This document shows, one piece after another, positions 50,544-63,625 of a stretch of DNA of 64,000 nt. The position numbers and the translations under genes were made by a program. The stretch covers positions 103,418,001 through 103,482,000 of the forward strand of contig NC_086097.1 of NCBI RefSeq assembly GCF_963921235.1, written 5' to 3'. This stretch comes from Mobula hypostoma. Lineage: Eukaryota. The notes below the pieces were generated by a model. That model ran no database searches. It was not told the origin of the DNA and saw only the letters and a list, made by a program, of their open reading frames with translations. Numbering within the stretch: position 1 is the stretch's first letter; each line of letters starts with the position of its first letter.

Positions 50544-50737
50544 TTGCAGGTGAAGTTCCATTTTCTGATCTTGCCATGAAAGATTCTGGAGAAGAAACTT
50601 CTTATCACAGATCTATCCAGCATTTGCTTAGACAGCTCCTTGCTTTGTGGAAGAATGGTTTCCATGCCCCTATTCCTCTTCAGCTAATGTTTAGTGAGAA
50701 GAACATTTCTTATGCAGTGCACATGCAAAGTCCAAAG
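50544..50737 (+). CDS. CDAN1: Codanin-1 exon
   Basis: ctttgcag|TTG...AAAG|gtaact; 194 bp, phase 1/0; (V)AGEVPFSD...LLRQLLALWKNGFHAPIPLQLMFSEKNISYAVHMQSPK vs human [27 protein letters not shown]. Confidence 0.93.
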
Positions 50738-51199
50738 GTAACTTTTGCTTAACTGTTTTTGAAATATGCTTTACACCATTCTAAATGTTCATGTAAACTG
50801 TCAGCTGCACTTGCAGTCTTCAGTCACTTGATCATTAATTAATGTATTTGGCAGAACGACTATATCCGATGTCATCATGCTGTGAAACCGACAGCAGCAA
50901 AGGATTTCAGCACGTGTAGACTCAACTATGTTTATCTTAAATGCAGGTTCCCTGATGTTGCCGACAGAGATTTAGTCCTTTTAAACGGGGTGTACAGTCT
51001 GCAGAAAAATCACATGAACTGACTCATGGATAAATTACTTATGAACAAGTATAACTGCAAAATGTCCTGAAAATGGTGTAATTTATTTTGTATGCAGTTA
51101 AGAATACTTAGTAGTGTACTGCTCTGGTGAGCATCAGGCTTCAGTAAGGAGGGTGCACGATGACCAGCTAAGATTTTTTTCTTAGTAGAAGGGACTGAC

Positions 51200-54100
51200 G
51201 ATAAAGGATTTGGAAGGTGGATAGTAGTACACTACTACACGATGTGGAGATGAGGAACATATTGAATGTACCTGGTGATTATACCTTCCAAAAGTGTGTC
51301 CAACTGCAAATCCTATCAGACTACACAGATCAGTTGGAGCAGAAGATGGACTTAGAGTATTTTGGATGTGAAAAATGTAGTAGATAGTACATTTAATGAG
51401 TTTGGTCATGCCAGACAGAGAGAGGGGTTATGAGTGACAGTATGGGTTTTGAATACTGTTAGTGGTGGTGGCCTCTCAGAAAAGTGTTAACAGTTTGTGG
51501 TACCATAAGTGGCTGTGATGCAGGGGAAAAAAAGTATAGGTGAGTGCTAGTCGTAGGGGATTCGTTAGTGAGGGGAGCAGATGCTTACTTTTGTTGCTGA
51601 GGTCTTTACCTTCCTAGTGCCACAGTGAGCCGTGTCTTGAATAGGTATGGAACATTCTAAAGGGGGAGGGAGAACAGCCAGAGATGATGTACACTTTGGT
51701 ATGAATGACTTAGAGAGACAGAGGGATGCAGTCTTGCAGCATGAATTTGGGAATTGGTTAAGAATCTCAGGATTGCTCCCTGTGCAAGTGAAGAGAAAAA
51801 TCAGAGAAGAGGATGGATAAATGTCGGGAAAAAGAAGTGCATTGGTCAGACACTGGCGGCTGGAATCAAGTGAATCCCTGTAGGAGTATACTTAAGAGGG
51901 AAATCAGAAGAGGGCACAAGATAGCTTTGGAAGATTAGATTAACGAGAATCCAAAGAGATGTTACAAGTATGTTGAGGGGTAAAAGAATAACTAGGAAGA
52001 GAATAGGCCAAAGTGGGACATCTGTATGTAGAGTTGCAAGAGATGGGCAATGTGCTCATAAATATTTCTCAGTTTTAACAGTTTAGTCGTTTGGAATTTT
52101 TCCCTGGAATGGAGGTGAATGAGTGGCTATCTTACAGTGGTGTATAAAATGAGAGGGGCATATGTAGTGTGAATACGCACGGACTTTTTCCTGGGACTGG
52201 GGAATCGAGAACTAGAGGTCATGGGTTTAAGCTATAGGGGGAGAGACTTAATAGGAAGTTGAGGGGCAAACTCTTTACCTGGAGGGTTGTCCATATGTGG
52301 AATGTGCCTGTAGAGGAAGTGGTTGAGGCAGGTACATTAACAACATTTAAAAGACAACTGGACAGGTGTTATGGATGAAAAGGTTTAGAGAGATATGGGC
52401 CAAATGTGGTCAGATGGGACTAGCTTAGATGAGCATTAGTTGGCATTGACTGGTTTGGCTGAGAAGTCTGTTTCCATGTTGTATGACTCTCTGAAAGGCT
52501 GAGTGCTGAAGAGCTGCTGAAAGAAGGAGGGCTTTAGGTATTTATATCACTAGGATTGCTTCTGGGACAGGTATGGCCCTTGAGGGAGTTAGATATGGCC
52601 CTTGTGGCTAGGGGGATCAGAGGGTATGGAGGGAAGGTTGGTGCAGGGTTCTGAGTTGGATGATCAGCCATGATCATAATAAATGGCGGTGCCGGCTCGA
52701 AGGGCCGAATGGCCTACTCCTGCACCTATTTTCTATGTTTTCTATGTATGATCTGTATAAGGACAGACTACATCTAAACTGGAAAGGAACTAGTTTCCCA
52801 GCAGGGGCACTTGTTTACACCACTGAGGAGGGTTTAAACTGATTTGGCAGGGGCTGGGAAACTTGTTAGTTGTATGCAGGTGGCAAGTTGACCTGTCAAG
52901 TATAGAGAATAAATCAAGCAAGTCTAGTGGGTAGAGCAGGCAGAACTAGGTTATGGACAATGGAGGGCTTGCAAGTTCAGTTCTTTTACTTTAATGCAAG
53001 AATCATTATGGGTAAGTCAGATGAGCTTAACAAGAATCATCTCATGCAAATATTAAATTATTACAATCAGCGTTTAGATGGGGAAGAATATGTTAAATGT
53101 ATTCAAGAAAGATTTTGAGATGATATGTAAATAGTCCTACCAGAGACTTGTCCTTATCTAAGGAAATTAGACTAGGCTTGTGGTGGGAAGTGTCAGTTGG
53201 CAAACAATTTGGAAACTGTGACCACAACTCTTAAGTTTCAAGGTAGCTACGGAAGGTGTTGAGGTTGGTGCTCAAGTTAAGTTCCTAAACTGAGGGAAAG
53301 CCTGATTTGGGGAATATGAGAGGACCTAGCAAAATAGATGGGGAGCAGATGATTCTGTCTTTTAAGAGCTTGGGGACAGCATTTTTTTGGTAAGTATGAA
53401 GTCAAAGGAGAGTCAGTTGATGTTGTTTAATTTGATTTTCAAAAGGCCTTTAACAAAGTGCCACACATGAGGCTGCTTAACAAGAGTGCATGGTATAACA
53501 GGAAAGACACTAGCATGGATAGACGATTGGCTGACCGGTAGGAAGCAAAGAGTGGTAATAAAGGGGGTCTTTTCAGGTTGAATGCCGGTGACTAGACCAT
53601 TTCTTTTCACGTTACATGTCAGTGATTTCAATGATGGAATTGATGGTTTTGTGGCCAGGTTTGCATATGAATTAAGGTAGATGGAGGGGCAGGTAGTGGG
53701 AAGTCTACAGAAGGATTTAGACAGATTAAGAGAATGGAAAAAGAAGTGGCAGATGGAATACATTGTAGGGAAGTGTATGGTTATGCACTTTGGTGGAAGG
53801 AAAAAAAGGTGTAGACTATTTTCTAAATGGGGAGAAAATTCAGAAAACAGAAGTGCAAAGGGACTTTGGAGTCCTCGTGCAGTATTTCCTGAAGGTTAAC
53901 TTGCAGGTCGAAACGGTGGTAAAGAAGGGAAATGAAATGTTAACATTAATTTTTAGAGGACTAGAATATATTACTAAGGCTTCATGGGGTATTGGGCAGA
54001 CTTGGAATATTGTGAGCAGTTTTGGGCTCATTATTTTAAAAAAATATGTTGGCATTGATGGGGTCCAGCGGAAGTTCATGAGAATGGTCTTGGGATTTGA

Positions 54101-54930
54101 AAGGGTCAACACACGAGAAGTGTTGATAGCTCTGAGCTTGTACTCACTGGAGTTTAGAAGAATGAGGGGGGAATCCCATTGAAATCTATCAAATACTGAA
54201 AGGCTTAGATAGAGTGGATGTGTGTGGGAGAGATCTAAGACCAGAGGGCACAGCCTCAGCATAAAGGGGCATCCATTTAGAACTGAGATGATGAGAAATT
54301 TCTTTAGCCAGAAAGTGTTGAATCTGTGGAATTCATTGCCACAGACACCTGTGGAGGCCAAGTCATTGGGTTGAAGAGCTCTTGATTAGTCAGGGTGTCA
54401 AACGTTACGGAGAGAGTTTGACATTTAGTTTGCTACTTCTCCTTGGATCCCATGCGATCTAACCTAGAGCAGCCAACCGAGAAGCTTACTAAAACTTTTA
54501 CTGAAATGCATATATACATCTCCTACCTTGTCAACCAACGTTTTCCACTTCATTCAAACATCTCAGTAAAATTTGTAAGACAATCTCCCATGCACTAAAA
54601 TCATGTTGACTACTCCTAATCAACCCCTGCCTTTCCAAGTGTAACTGTATCTTATCCCTGAGTGCTTTCTAGTGACATTTCGATCATGTAGGTTAGGCTC
54701 ATGGTTCTGTAATTATCAAGTCTGTACTTAAAGCCCTCTTTAAGGCACAACATTTACTATTCTCCAATCTTCCAACAGCTTGCCAGTGGACAGCAATGTT
54801 TCAAATATCTCAGTGAGGGCTCTCGCCATTCCTTCTCTTGCTTCACATAGTGTTCTTGGATGTACCTCGCTCTTATCTGGAGATCTGTCCACCTTCATGA
54901 CATTTGCATGCAACACCTATATAGACTGCT
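51200..54930. mobile_element. Cluster of old CR1 fragments (mostly +)
   Basis: ORF1 esterase remnant near 51545; 3' ends near 52490, 52746 and 54410; minus-strand fragment 54500-54930. Confidence 0.65.
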
Positions 54931-55061
54931 CCCAAGACATGTCTGTTCACTTTGTCACGTTCCCAATCTTCACATTACACACACACAATGATAGGACTTT
55001 GATGAACAAAGGAATCTTGGTGTTGGGAGTCCATAATTCCCTGAAAGTGGCAACATAGTTA

Positions 55062-56508
55062 ATCTTCTTCGGTTGTCCCATCGAAATCCAATGACGATGT
55101 CCACTCCTTTAACAGTGAGATCTTTGATGACTATACAGTCCTATCCTGGACCCACAAGCTGTATGCAAGTGGGACATGTATATGTGGTAGTGGTGGCAAC
55201 CATGGCTGCATTTCTCCTGGCTCTCTTCTGCTGTCTTCTGGTTGTTCTTTCCATCTCCAGAATACGAACCCCATCCCTACACAGCTGTCGCCAAGTGGTA
55301 CGGTCAGCAGCAAATTCCTCCAGGTCCTCGGGTCTGACCTTGCACTTCCTTAAAGCATTCTTCATCTGATCCTTATTGCGCTTCTTCGGCCCTGCAGCTG
55401 GTGCTGCGTGATCATGGCCTCAATACTTATGCAGTTGCTGTACAAGTATTTCAATGTGAGGCACCCACTCACACCAGGTAATTCCCAGGATGCGCTGGAG
55501 GCAGCTTATGTGGAAGTGCTCCAAGGACTTGATGTGATGGCTGTAGGTTACCCAAGCTTCACAGCTATAAAGGAGGGTGGTGACACAGACCGCTTGGTAT
55601 ACGGCGACCTTTGTGGAGGGACGAAGGCTCCTGTTCTGAAAGACTCAATGCTGAAGTCTCCCAAAGGCAGCTGATGCCTGTTTAATGCGGCTCTGGATGT
55701 CGTTGTCAATGCCGCTATCCTCAGAGAGAATGCTCCCTAGATATTTGAAAGATGGCACTACTGACAGCTTTTCATCACCAACAGGTGAAGACAGGTAGAG
55801 TGGGTGGGACACTGGTACTCCACTGGCAAACCACTTCTGTCTTGGTGGTATTGACAGTCAGCCCCATCCTGCTGTACGCTCTCACTGCCACAGCAAGGAC
55901 AGTTTGAAGATCCTCCGGAGTATGGGCCAGAAGAGCACAGTCATCTGCATACTGCAGCTCCAGGACCCGCTCTCTACAGAGTTTGGTGGTTGCGTCAAGC
56001 CTCCTGATCTCAAAGAGGTTGCCATCTAATCTAATGTCCACTGCCACACTGCTGCTGTCTTCAATCTCGTTGTGGAGAAGCTTGGTAACACACAAGAGGA
56101 AGATGTTAAAGAGCACTGGCGCTAGCACACACCCTGCCTCACCCATGTGCGTACAAGGAGGGGCTCGGACTCTTGTCCTCCTATGGTCACCCGAGCAGTC
56201 ATCCCATCGTGGAACTGGTGGAGGATGTTAACAAATTTATTGGGACAGCCAAACCTGAGGAGGACATCCCATAAGAGCTCTCTTTGCAGTGTCGAATGCT
56301 TTGGAGAGGTCGACAAAGGCCATAAACAGGTCCTGATGTTGCTCCTGGCACTTTTCCTGAAGCTGCCGGGCTGTGAAGATCACATTGATCGTGCTCCTTT
56401 TCTTCCTAAATCCACACTGCGATTCAGGCAGCATTGACTTGGTGACGTTGCTGATGAGTCTCTGAAGCATCACCTTAGCCAGGACCTTTCCAGCAACAGA
56501 AAGGAGTG
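55062..56508 (-). mobile_element. RTE (BovB-like) LINE, 5'-truncated, inserted in a CR1 3' part (about 54980-57015, +)
   Basis: LPESQCGFR...RQLQEKCQEQ...FVDLSKAFD, LQYADD; (GAA)n tail; 7-bp flanking repeat ATAGTTA (55055-55061, 56509-56515). Confidence 0.85.
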
Positions 56509-57444
56509 ATAGTTATAGGGTGGTGAAGAAAACATATTGAATTGTTGCCTTCATATTTGCAGCACAGAATGTAAGATTTAGGATGTACTGTTGAAACTTT
56601 ACAAAGCGCTGGTGAGACTACATGTAGTGTGTTGTGTTCTGGTAGCCACGCCAAGGAAGGATATGGTTGTGCCTGGATTATAGAACTAGTTTTGGGGAGA
56701 GATTGGATTACTGGGCTGGGCTTGTTTTACCTAGGCTGACATGTGAGCTGATGGAACTGTCAGAGATTGTCAATTTTTGCCTCATAGTAGGGGTATCAAA
56801 AATAAAAGGGTTTATGGTGAGAGGAAGGAGTTAGAAAGGGACTGTATTGACAGAGGATTTGATAGAATCAGATACAATCATTTATAAGTATTTGAATAGG
56901 AAAGGCATAGAAGGATATGATTCTATTGTGGAGAAATGGCATTCGTGTAGATGGTTGAAAAAGGGCAGCATGGACACGGTGGGGTGAAGGGCCTTTTACA
57001 GTGCTGTACAATTCTGATCATCCTGATCTGGAAAGATTTAAATAGTGTGTTTATAATTTGAAAAGGAAAACATCCTTTAAACTGCAATGTGATTAAGCAA
57101 GGTAGTTTTCAGAAAATATTTTACAGCTCATTATTAATTTGTGTTGAATTCTTCCTTGCTTTTAGAATTCAGGAATAAGGAATCCCACAGAACATAGTAA
57201 ATTAAGTGTTGGGTTTATTTAAAAGCCTGTTGGCTATCAACCCTCTCGATCTGATAAGTTCCCAATTGTCTTTGCTTGTTGTACAAACGTTTGTATTAAT
57301 GGGAGCAGAGCGTGGTGCTAAGTTTGTTGTTTCTTGGGGAAAACGTAATGCAGTGTATTCACCAGTATTGGCAATATTTGACAAGAGATAAAAATATTAG
57401 TACAAATCAAATGGGTTTCTTTTTCCATTTTTTTCTCCTTTTAG

Positions 57445-57558
57445 TCGTGGTGGAATGCGCTCTCATTCCTAATTCACGGCCTTATTGAGTGGGAATTGAT
57501 GAAAGCTAGGGAGATAGAGTGTTGCTGGAGAGACCTTTCACAGAAGAGTTGGCCCCCG
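57445..57558 (+). CDS. CDAN1: Codanin-1 penultimate coding exon
   Basis: cttttag|TCG...CCCG|gtaagt; 114 bp, phase 0/0; SWWNALSFLIHGLIEWELMKAREIECCWRDLSQKSWPP vs human [36 protein letters not shown]. Confidence 0.92.
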
Positions 57559-57691
57559 GTAAGTTTGATATTTAACGGTAGATATGTGGACTAAATTGCA
57601 TCTGTATTAATAGAAATCTAAACCCATTTATCTATTAATTTGCAAAATCCAAGACATTGGTTTTCTCAAGTTCTCTTTTTTTTTCTTCCAG

Positions 57692-57811
57692 GATTTCACC
57701 AATGTGATAGAATCTGTGCTTAAAATGTGTTCAGAACTGCCAAAGACAAATACAGTGGAAGACCAGAAGCCAAATGAGACAAGATATACAAGCTTAGATT
57801 GTAATTTATAG
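57692..57811 (+). CDS. CDAN1: Codanin-1 terminal coding exon (ends TAG)
   Basis: ttcttccag|GATTTC; DFTNVIESVLKMCSELPKTNTVEDQKPNETRYTSLDCNL*; follows a 133-bp intron; begins DF like the human last exon. Confidence 0.88.
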   Translation, partial: DFTNVIESVLKMCSELPKTNTVEDQKPNETRYTSLDCNL

Positions 57812-57956
57812 GGGGGAAAAAGTCTATTTTTGCAGTATTTTACAATTAATGTGCAATTTGTTCTGGGTGGATAGGGGATGTTATTAAATTTTATCAGTGC
57901 TGCTAAATTTAATCAAATATTCAAATGAATATTTTGTAGTTCACATTGGACAAGGT

Positions 57957-58217
57957 AATAAATGGACCACTTTCCACTTGTTTAAGTCATCTGCTGTTTG
58001 GCTGAGATTTTGCAGTTGACAATGAACTGTTCATTGTTTCAAACTGGTCAAACTTTAGACTTTTATACAGTGGAAAGCTGTTTCTGCCCTTTGAGACTAA
58101 GCTATAACTTGTCTCAGATAGCAGTCAGCTTGCAAGCCTTTCAGATGCAAGTCTAAACAAAGGTGAAATTAAAATATTTAATTAAAAATTGTGCACTGAT
58201 GAGTGTTACTGAATAAA
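57957..58217 (+). promoter_or_regulatory. Candidate CDAN1 poly(A) signals
   Basis: AATAAA at 57957-57962 and 58212-58217 in AT-rich unique sequence after the stop; site actually used is unknown. Confidence 0.45.
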
Positions 58218-58729
58218 TTTTTAAAAAGTTGGTTATGAAAGAATAGGATTCACCTGTTAATATTTTAGTAGTGGAAGTTTATTGTAGTAAATTAAGATTT
58301 CCATGTTATTAAAATTTTGCTGATTTGTTCTGTACCTTAACTTCAAACACTTTGTTCTGATGCCAAACTTAAAAGTGAGGTATGAAAAATGAGTTTCTCA
58401 GTGTTTGTACAAATGATTTCTCCCACCTCAAAGGCTGAACCAACTAATTATAATCATCATTTTGAAAAAGGTAATACTCTGGCTTTAAATTCCTTCCCTG
58501 TACTCATTTTGAAGTTGTGGAGAGATAATAGGAAGAGACTTCTTATTTTTCAGTCCCATCCTAACTTGCCTTTAGTCTAGCCTTCTTGCCTTATTAGTTT
58601 GGCCTCTTGCTGCCTGAAAATAAATGGGCACTAATGGAAAGTACTAGCTCCTCTATAGATGGAGGAGACATTTAAATCTAGATTTACTATTGAGTGTAGA
58701 ATGAATAAATAAATACAACATTTTCTGAG

Positions 58730-59760
58730 TGGTGTCCTTGCCGTAAGGCAAAGATACCACTCCTTGATAAGGTGAATAATACCTCAGAGGCAGATCTCTC
58801 CCAGGTCATGCAGAAGGGCATGAGAGGATATTGCTGAGGCCTCGATACAGATCTTTCTACTTCTCATTAGTCACAAGTGCTGCCTCAGAGAAGAATTACC
58901 AATGTTCTTTGTTTATGACAGGTTAGGAACAAACCGGGAAATTATTCTATGATCTTTGGGATAGGATCTACTCATGTCTGGGAAAAGCATGGACTTAATG
59001 GCGTAGCTTTGTGTGGGGACATCATGTCTTACAAACAATTGAGTTTTTGAGGAGGTTGCAAAGATAACTGAGTATACAGCACCGGGTGTTGTCTACATGA
59101 ACTTAAATTGGCAAGGATGTTCATGGTAGATTTATCCAAAAGATTTTCAAATGGTCATAGAAGAGAGAGGGTACTAGGGCCTTTGCTGTGTGATCTAATA
59201 TGAAATGGCTTGGACAATGACAGGCAGGCTGATTGGTCTGCAGCCAATGTAAGAGTTGTGGGCAGTGAGGAAGGCTGTCTAATGATACAATGGGGTGCCA
59301 ACTATTTTGAAAAATGAGCAGAGAAATGCTGTTCGGTCTGGACAAGTGATGCATTGTGGGAGGAAAGTATTCGGTAAATAGCAGTGCCCTCAGAGACATT
59401 GATGTAAAAAAGGAATCTGGGGTGCCCATCCATTGCTACTTGAAACTGATAATACAAGTGGATGTGGTATGTATGGCATTGGAGCTTATTAAACTATGCA
59501 ACATTTGGAATAGTTTGCAGTTCTGGTTGCCACTTTACAGGAAGAGTGAAGAGGCTTGGAGAGTTTCCTCCAGTTCTGTTTATTATATCCGGATTTCCTC
59601 TACGTTGATGAGAACAACTGCTTTGCTGAGACACTGGTCCATCTGTTGTGGCCACCTGGAGATCACGGTTGCCAGCTATTTTAACTCTCCTCCTAATTCC
59701 CTCACTTACCTGTTGTCCGTTTCCTCCACTGCCAGAGTGAGGCTAAAAACAAACTAGAGG
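58730..59760 (+). mobile_element. Heavily decayed CR1, then a PLE remnant, between CDAN1 and STARD9
   Basis: QFWLPLYRK-type CR1 segment; 59600-59760 resembles the GIY-YIG region at 18580-18730. Confidence 0.5.
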
Positions 59761-60266
59761 ACTAGCATCACGCGTCAGCAGGCCTGTTCTTATGCTGTAT
59801 TGTTCTATATAATGTGGAGTGGTTCAGTTGAAGAAAATATATTTTCTTTTACCAGCGAAAAGCACATTAAATAAACTTAAACAGAGTAACATCCACAAAA
59901 TATTTAATGCTTGAAAAATTCAATAGAAACTAATTATCCATAGAAATAACAGTATAAAATGCTTCATATTAAAGCTTTCAGTTTATAAATAATTTGGACC
60001 TTTGATTTTTGCATACAAAAATAAAAGTTTTTACTGTACATTTTAGTTAAAATATGTGAAATAGCTTGACTTGTCCATTGGAAAATTATTGCTTTGAGAG
60101 GTTTACAGTGATGCACAAATATCCCAAGTTTGAACATGCTACCTATGTGTATGACCTCAGCTAGGGAGGTAATCATGTTCTTGAATGCAAAGGGTGTTTG
60201 GGGTTCAAAACCAGATGCTGTACATTCGCTCCCCTCCAACTTTCTCTGATCTTCAGAACCAAGTCA

Positions 60267-60365
60267 TCAGGATAGCAAGCTGACTAAGTTGGCAACACAC
60301 AGAGGCTGTTGCCTGGCTAGTGACCCCAATAGTCTGGGGTGAAGAGCAGGAGCACCGAAATCAAC
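60267..60365 (-). CDS. STARD9: STARD9 terminal coding exon (ends TGA)
   Basis: minus strand ctttcag|GTT; VDFGAPALHPRLLGSLARQQPLCVANLVSLLS* vs human VELGAPGFPPQLLSSFIKRQPLVIARLASFLGR; 79-bp intron 60366-60444. Confidence 0.93.
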   Translation of the reverse strand, partial: VDFGAPALHPRLLGSLARQQPLCVANLVSLLS

Positions 60366-60444
60366 CTGAAAGACAATGGAAAAGAAAGCTCAGCTTCATT
60401 CATTACATTGTTAAGATCTTTAATGATATTGTCAACTGACCTAC

Positions 60445-60603
60445 CTGAGCCAAGTAAATAAGTCTTGTAATCTCTTTCCCATTGTAGTTGTCAGGCTGCA
60501 AGATCCAACCACTAGGCAGCATTTCACCTCTAACCATATCCTTCACCGGTCGAGGCATCGATTCCTCGTAGATGGAGTTCAGTGCCAGAACATATTGCTG
60601 GTT
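60445..60603 (-). CDS. STARD9: STARD9 penultimate coding exon (START domain)
   Basis: minus strand cctgtag|AAC...CAG|gtaggt; 159 bp; NQQYVLALNSIYEESMPRPVKDMVRGEMLPSGWILQPDNYNGKEITRLIYLAQ vs human MPRPSRKMVRGEILPSAWILQP...GKEVTRVIYLAQ. Confidence 0.93.
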
Positions 60604-60867
60604 CTACAGGAAAATCAAAGGAAAATCTAACCCTGATGAGTTGCACCCAAACTCAAGAGGGGCCAACATCCTTGCACATAAGTTTGCTGGAGCTGTTGCC
60701 AAGAGTTTAAACTAAACTGGCAGGGGGATGGGAACCAGAGTGGAGCAGTTAGTATACAAATACATACAGTGTGACTGTCAGAAAGGACAAGCAGATGATA
60801 GGGCAAAATTGTAGTCAGCAGGATGCATTGCAGTATAACATGGGGACAAAACAGGATGACAAATACA

Positions 60868-63625
60868 GCTTAGAGCATGGATTGATAGCTGGAAATATGA
60901 TATCAGTGAAACATGGTTGCAGGGGTGTGATTGGCAACTAAATATTCCAGGATTTTGTTGCTTCAGGTGTGATAGAATAGGAGGGGCAAGAGGGGGAGGT
61001 GTTGCATTGCTTGTCAGAGATTATATAACAGTGGTGCTCTGGCAGGATAGATTAGTGGACTCGTCTAGGGAGGCTACTTGGGCGGAATTGATGAATAGGA
61101 AAGGTGTTGTGACGCTTACAGGGGTGTATTATAGACCACCTAATGGAGACCGAGAACTGGAGGAGCAAATTTGAAAGGAGGTAGCAGATATTTGTAGTAA
61201 GCACAAGGTTGTGATTGTGGGAGATTTTAGTTTTCCACACATAGACTGGGAAGCCCATTCTGTGAAAGGGCTGGATGGTTTGGAGTTTGTCAAATGTGTG
61301 CAGGATAGTTTTTTGAAGCAATACATAGAGGTACCAACTAGAGAAGGGGCAGTGTTGGATCTCCTGTTAGGGAATGAGATAGGGCAGGTGACGGAGGTAT
61401 TTGTTGGGAAGCACTTCGGGTCCAGCGATCACGATACAATTAGTTTCAGTGTAATTATGGAGAAAGATAGGACTGGACCCAGGGTTGAGATTTTTGATTG
61501 GAGAAAGGCTAACTTTGAGGAGATGCGAAAGGAATTAGAAGGAGTGGATTGGAAAAATTTGTTTTATAGGAAGGATGTAACAGAGAAATGGAGGTCATTT
61601 AAAGGTGAAATTTTGAGGGTTCAGAATCTTTATGTTCCTGTTAGGTTAAAAGTTTGAAAGAGCCATGGTTTTCAAGTGATATTAGAAACTTGGTTCAGAA
61701 AAAAGAGAGATCTTCAATAAATATAGGCAGCTTGGAGTTAATGAGGTACTCGAGGAATATAAAGAATGTAAAAAGAATCTTAAGAAAGAAATTAGAAAAG
61801 CTAAAAGACACGAGGCTGCTTTGGCAAGTAAGGTGAAAATAAATCCAAAGGGTTTCTACAGTTATGTTAGTAGCAAAAGGATAGTGAGGGATAAAATTGG
61901 TCCCTTGGGAGTGGACGTATATGTGTGGAGCCAAAAGAGATGGGGGAGATTTTGAACAATGTCTTTGGTATTCACTAAGGAGAAGGATATTGAATCGTGC
62001 AAGGTAAAGGAAACAAGTAGGGTAGTTATGGAAAGTATGACAATTAAAGAAGAGCAAGTACTGACACTTTTAAGGAATATAAAAGTGGTTAAGTCTCCGG
62101 GTCTGGACAAGATATTACCTGGGATTTTGAGGGAAGTTAGTGTAGAAATAGCAGGGGCTCTGACAGAAATATTTCAAATGTCATTAGAAACGGGAATGGT
62201 GCTGGAGGATTGGCATATTGCTCATATGGTTCCATTGTTTAAAAAGGGTCCTAAGAGTAAACCTGGCAATTATCGGCCTGTGAGTTTGACATCAGTGGTG
62301 GGTAAATTGATGGAAAGTATTCTTAGAGATGGTATATATAATTTTCTGGATAGACAGGATCTGATTAGGAACAGGCAACATGGATTTGTACGTGGAAGGT
62401 CATGTTTGACAAATCTTATTGAATTTTTTGATGAGGCTATTAGGAAAGTTGATGAGGTCAAAGCAGTGGATGTTGTCTATCTGGACTTCAGTAAGGCCTT
62501 TGACAAGGTTCCACACGGAAGGTTGGTTAGGAAGGTTCAATGGTTAGGTATTAATATGGAAGTAGTAAAATGGATTCAGTAGTGGTGGATAACCGTGTGT
62601 CAGATTGGAGGACGGTGTGTAGCGGTGTGCCTCAGGGATCTGTACTGGGTCCAATGTTTGTCATATATATTAATGATCTGGATGATGGGATGGTAAATTG
62701 GATTAGTAAGTATGCAGATGATACTAAGACAGGTGGTGTTGTGGATGATGAGGTAGGTTTTCAAAACTTGCAGAGAGATTTAGGACAGAAAAGTGGGCTG
62801 AAAGATGGCAGATGGAGTTTAATGCTGAAAAATGTGAGGTGCTACATTTTGGTAGGACTAATCAAAATAGGACATACATGGTAAATGGTAGGGCATTGAA
62901 GAATGCTGTAGAACAGAGGGATCTAGGAATAATGGTGCATAGTTCCCTGAAGATGGAATCTCATGTGGATAGGGTGGTGAAGAAAGCTTTTGGTTTGCTG
63001 GCCTTTATTAATCAGAGCATTGAGTATAGGAGTTGGGATGTAATGTTGAATTTGTATAAGGCATTGGTAAGGCCAAATCTGGAGTATTCTGTACAGTTCT
63101 GGTCACCGAATTATAGGAAAGATGTCAATAAAATTGAGAGAGTACGGAGGAGGTTTACTAAAATGCTGCCTGGGTTTCATCTCCTAAGTTAGAGAGAAAG
63201 GTTGAACAAATTAGGTCTTTATTAAGTCTCCTCTCAACCTTCTATGCTCCAAAGAATAGAGGTGTTTAAAATTATGAGGGGGATTGATAGAGTTGACGTG
63301 GTTAGACTTTTTCCATTGAGAGTGGGGAAGATTCAAACAAGAGGGCATGGGTTGAGAATTAGAGGACAAAAGTTTAGGGGTAACATGAGGGGGAACTTTA
63401 CTCAGAGAGTGGTAGCTGTGTGGAATGAGCTTCCAGCAGAAGTGGTTGAGGCAGGTTCTATGTTGTTGTTTAAAGTTAAATTGGATAGATATATGGACAG
63501 GAAAGGAATGGAGGGTTATGGGCTGAGTGCAGGTCGGTGGGAATGAGATAGGGCAAGAGTTCGGCACAGACTAGAAGGGCCGAGATGGCCTGTTTCCGTG
63601 CTGTAATTGTTATATGGTTTTATAT
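60868..63625 (+). mobile_element. CR1 ORF2 (EN-RT to 3' end) nested in another CR1 (60635-60867 and 63636-64000), within a STARD9 intron
   Basis: YRPPN, GDFSFP, DFSKAFDKVPH, KYADDTK; host element resumes with ggactgaagtgttatatctgaat after the tail. Confidence 0.88.

Noticed and set aside
50740..51180. Intronic snoRNA or conserved element in non-repetitive sequence
   Set aside because: No convincing C/D or H/ACA box pair with a terminal stem seen; a conservation or Infernal search would be needed.
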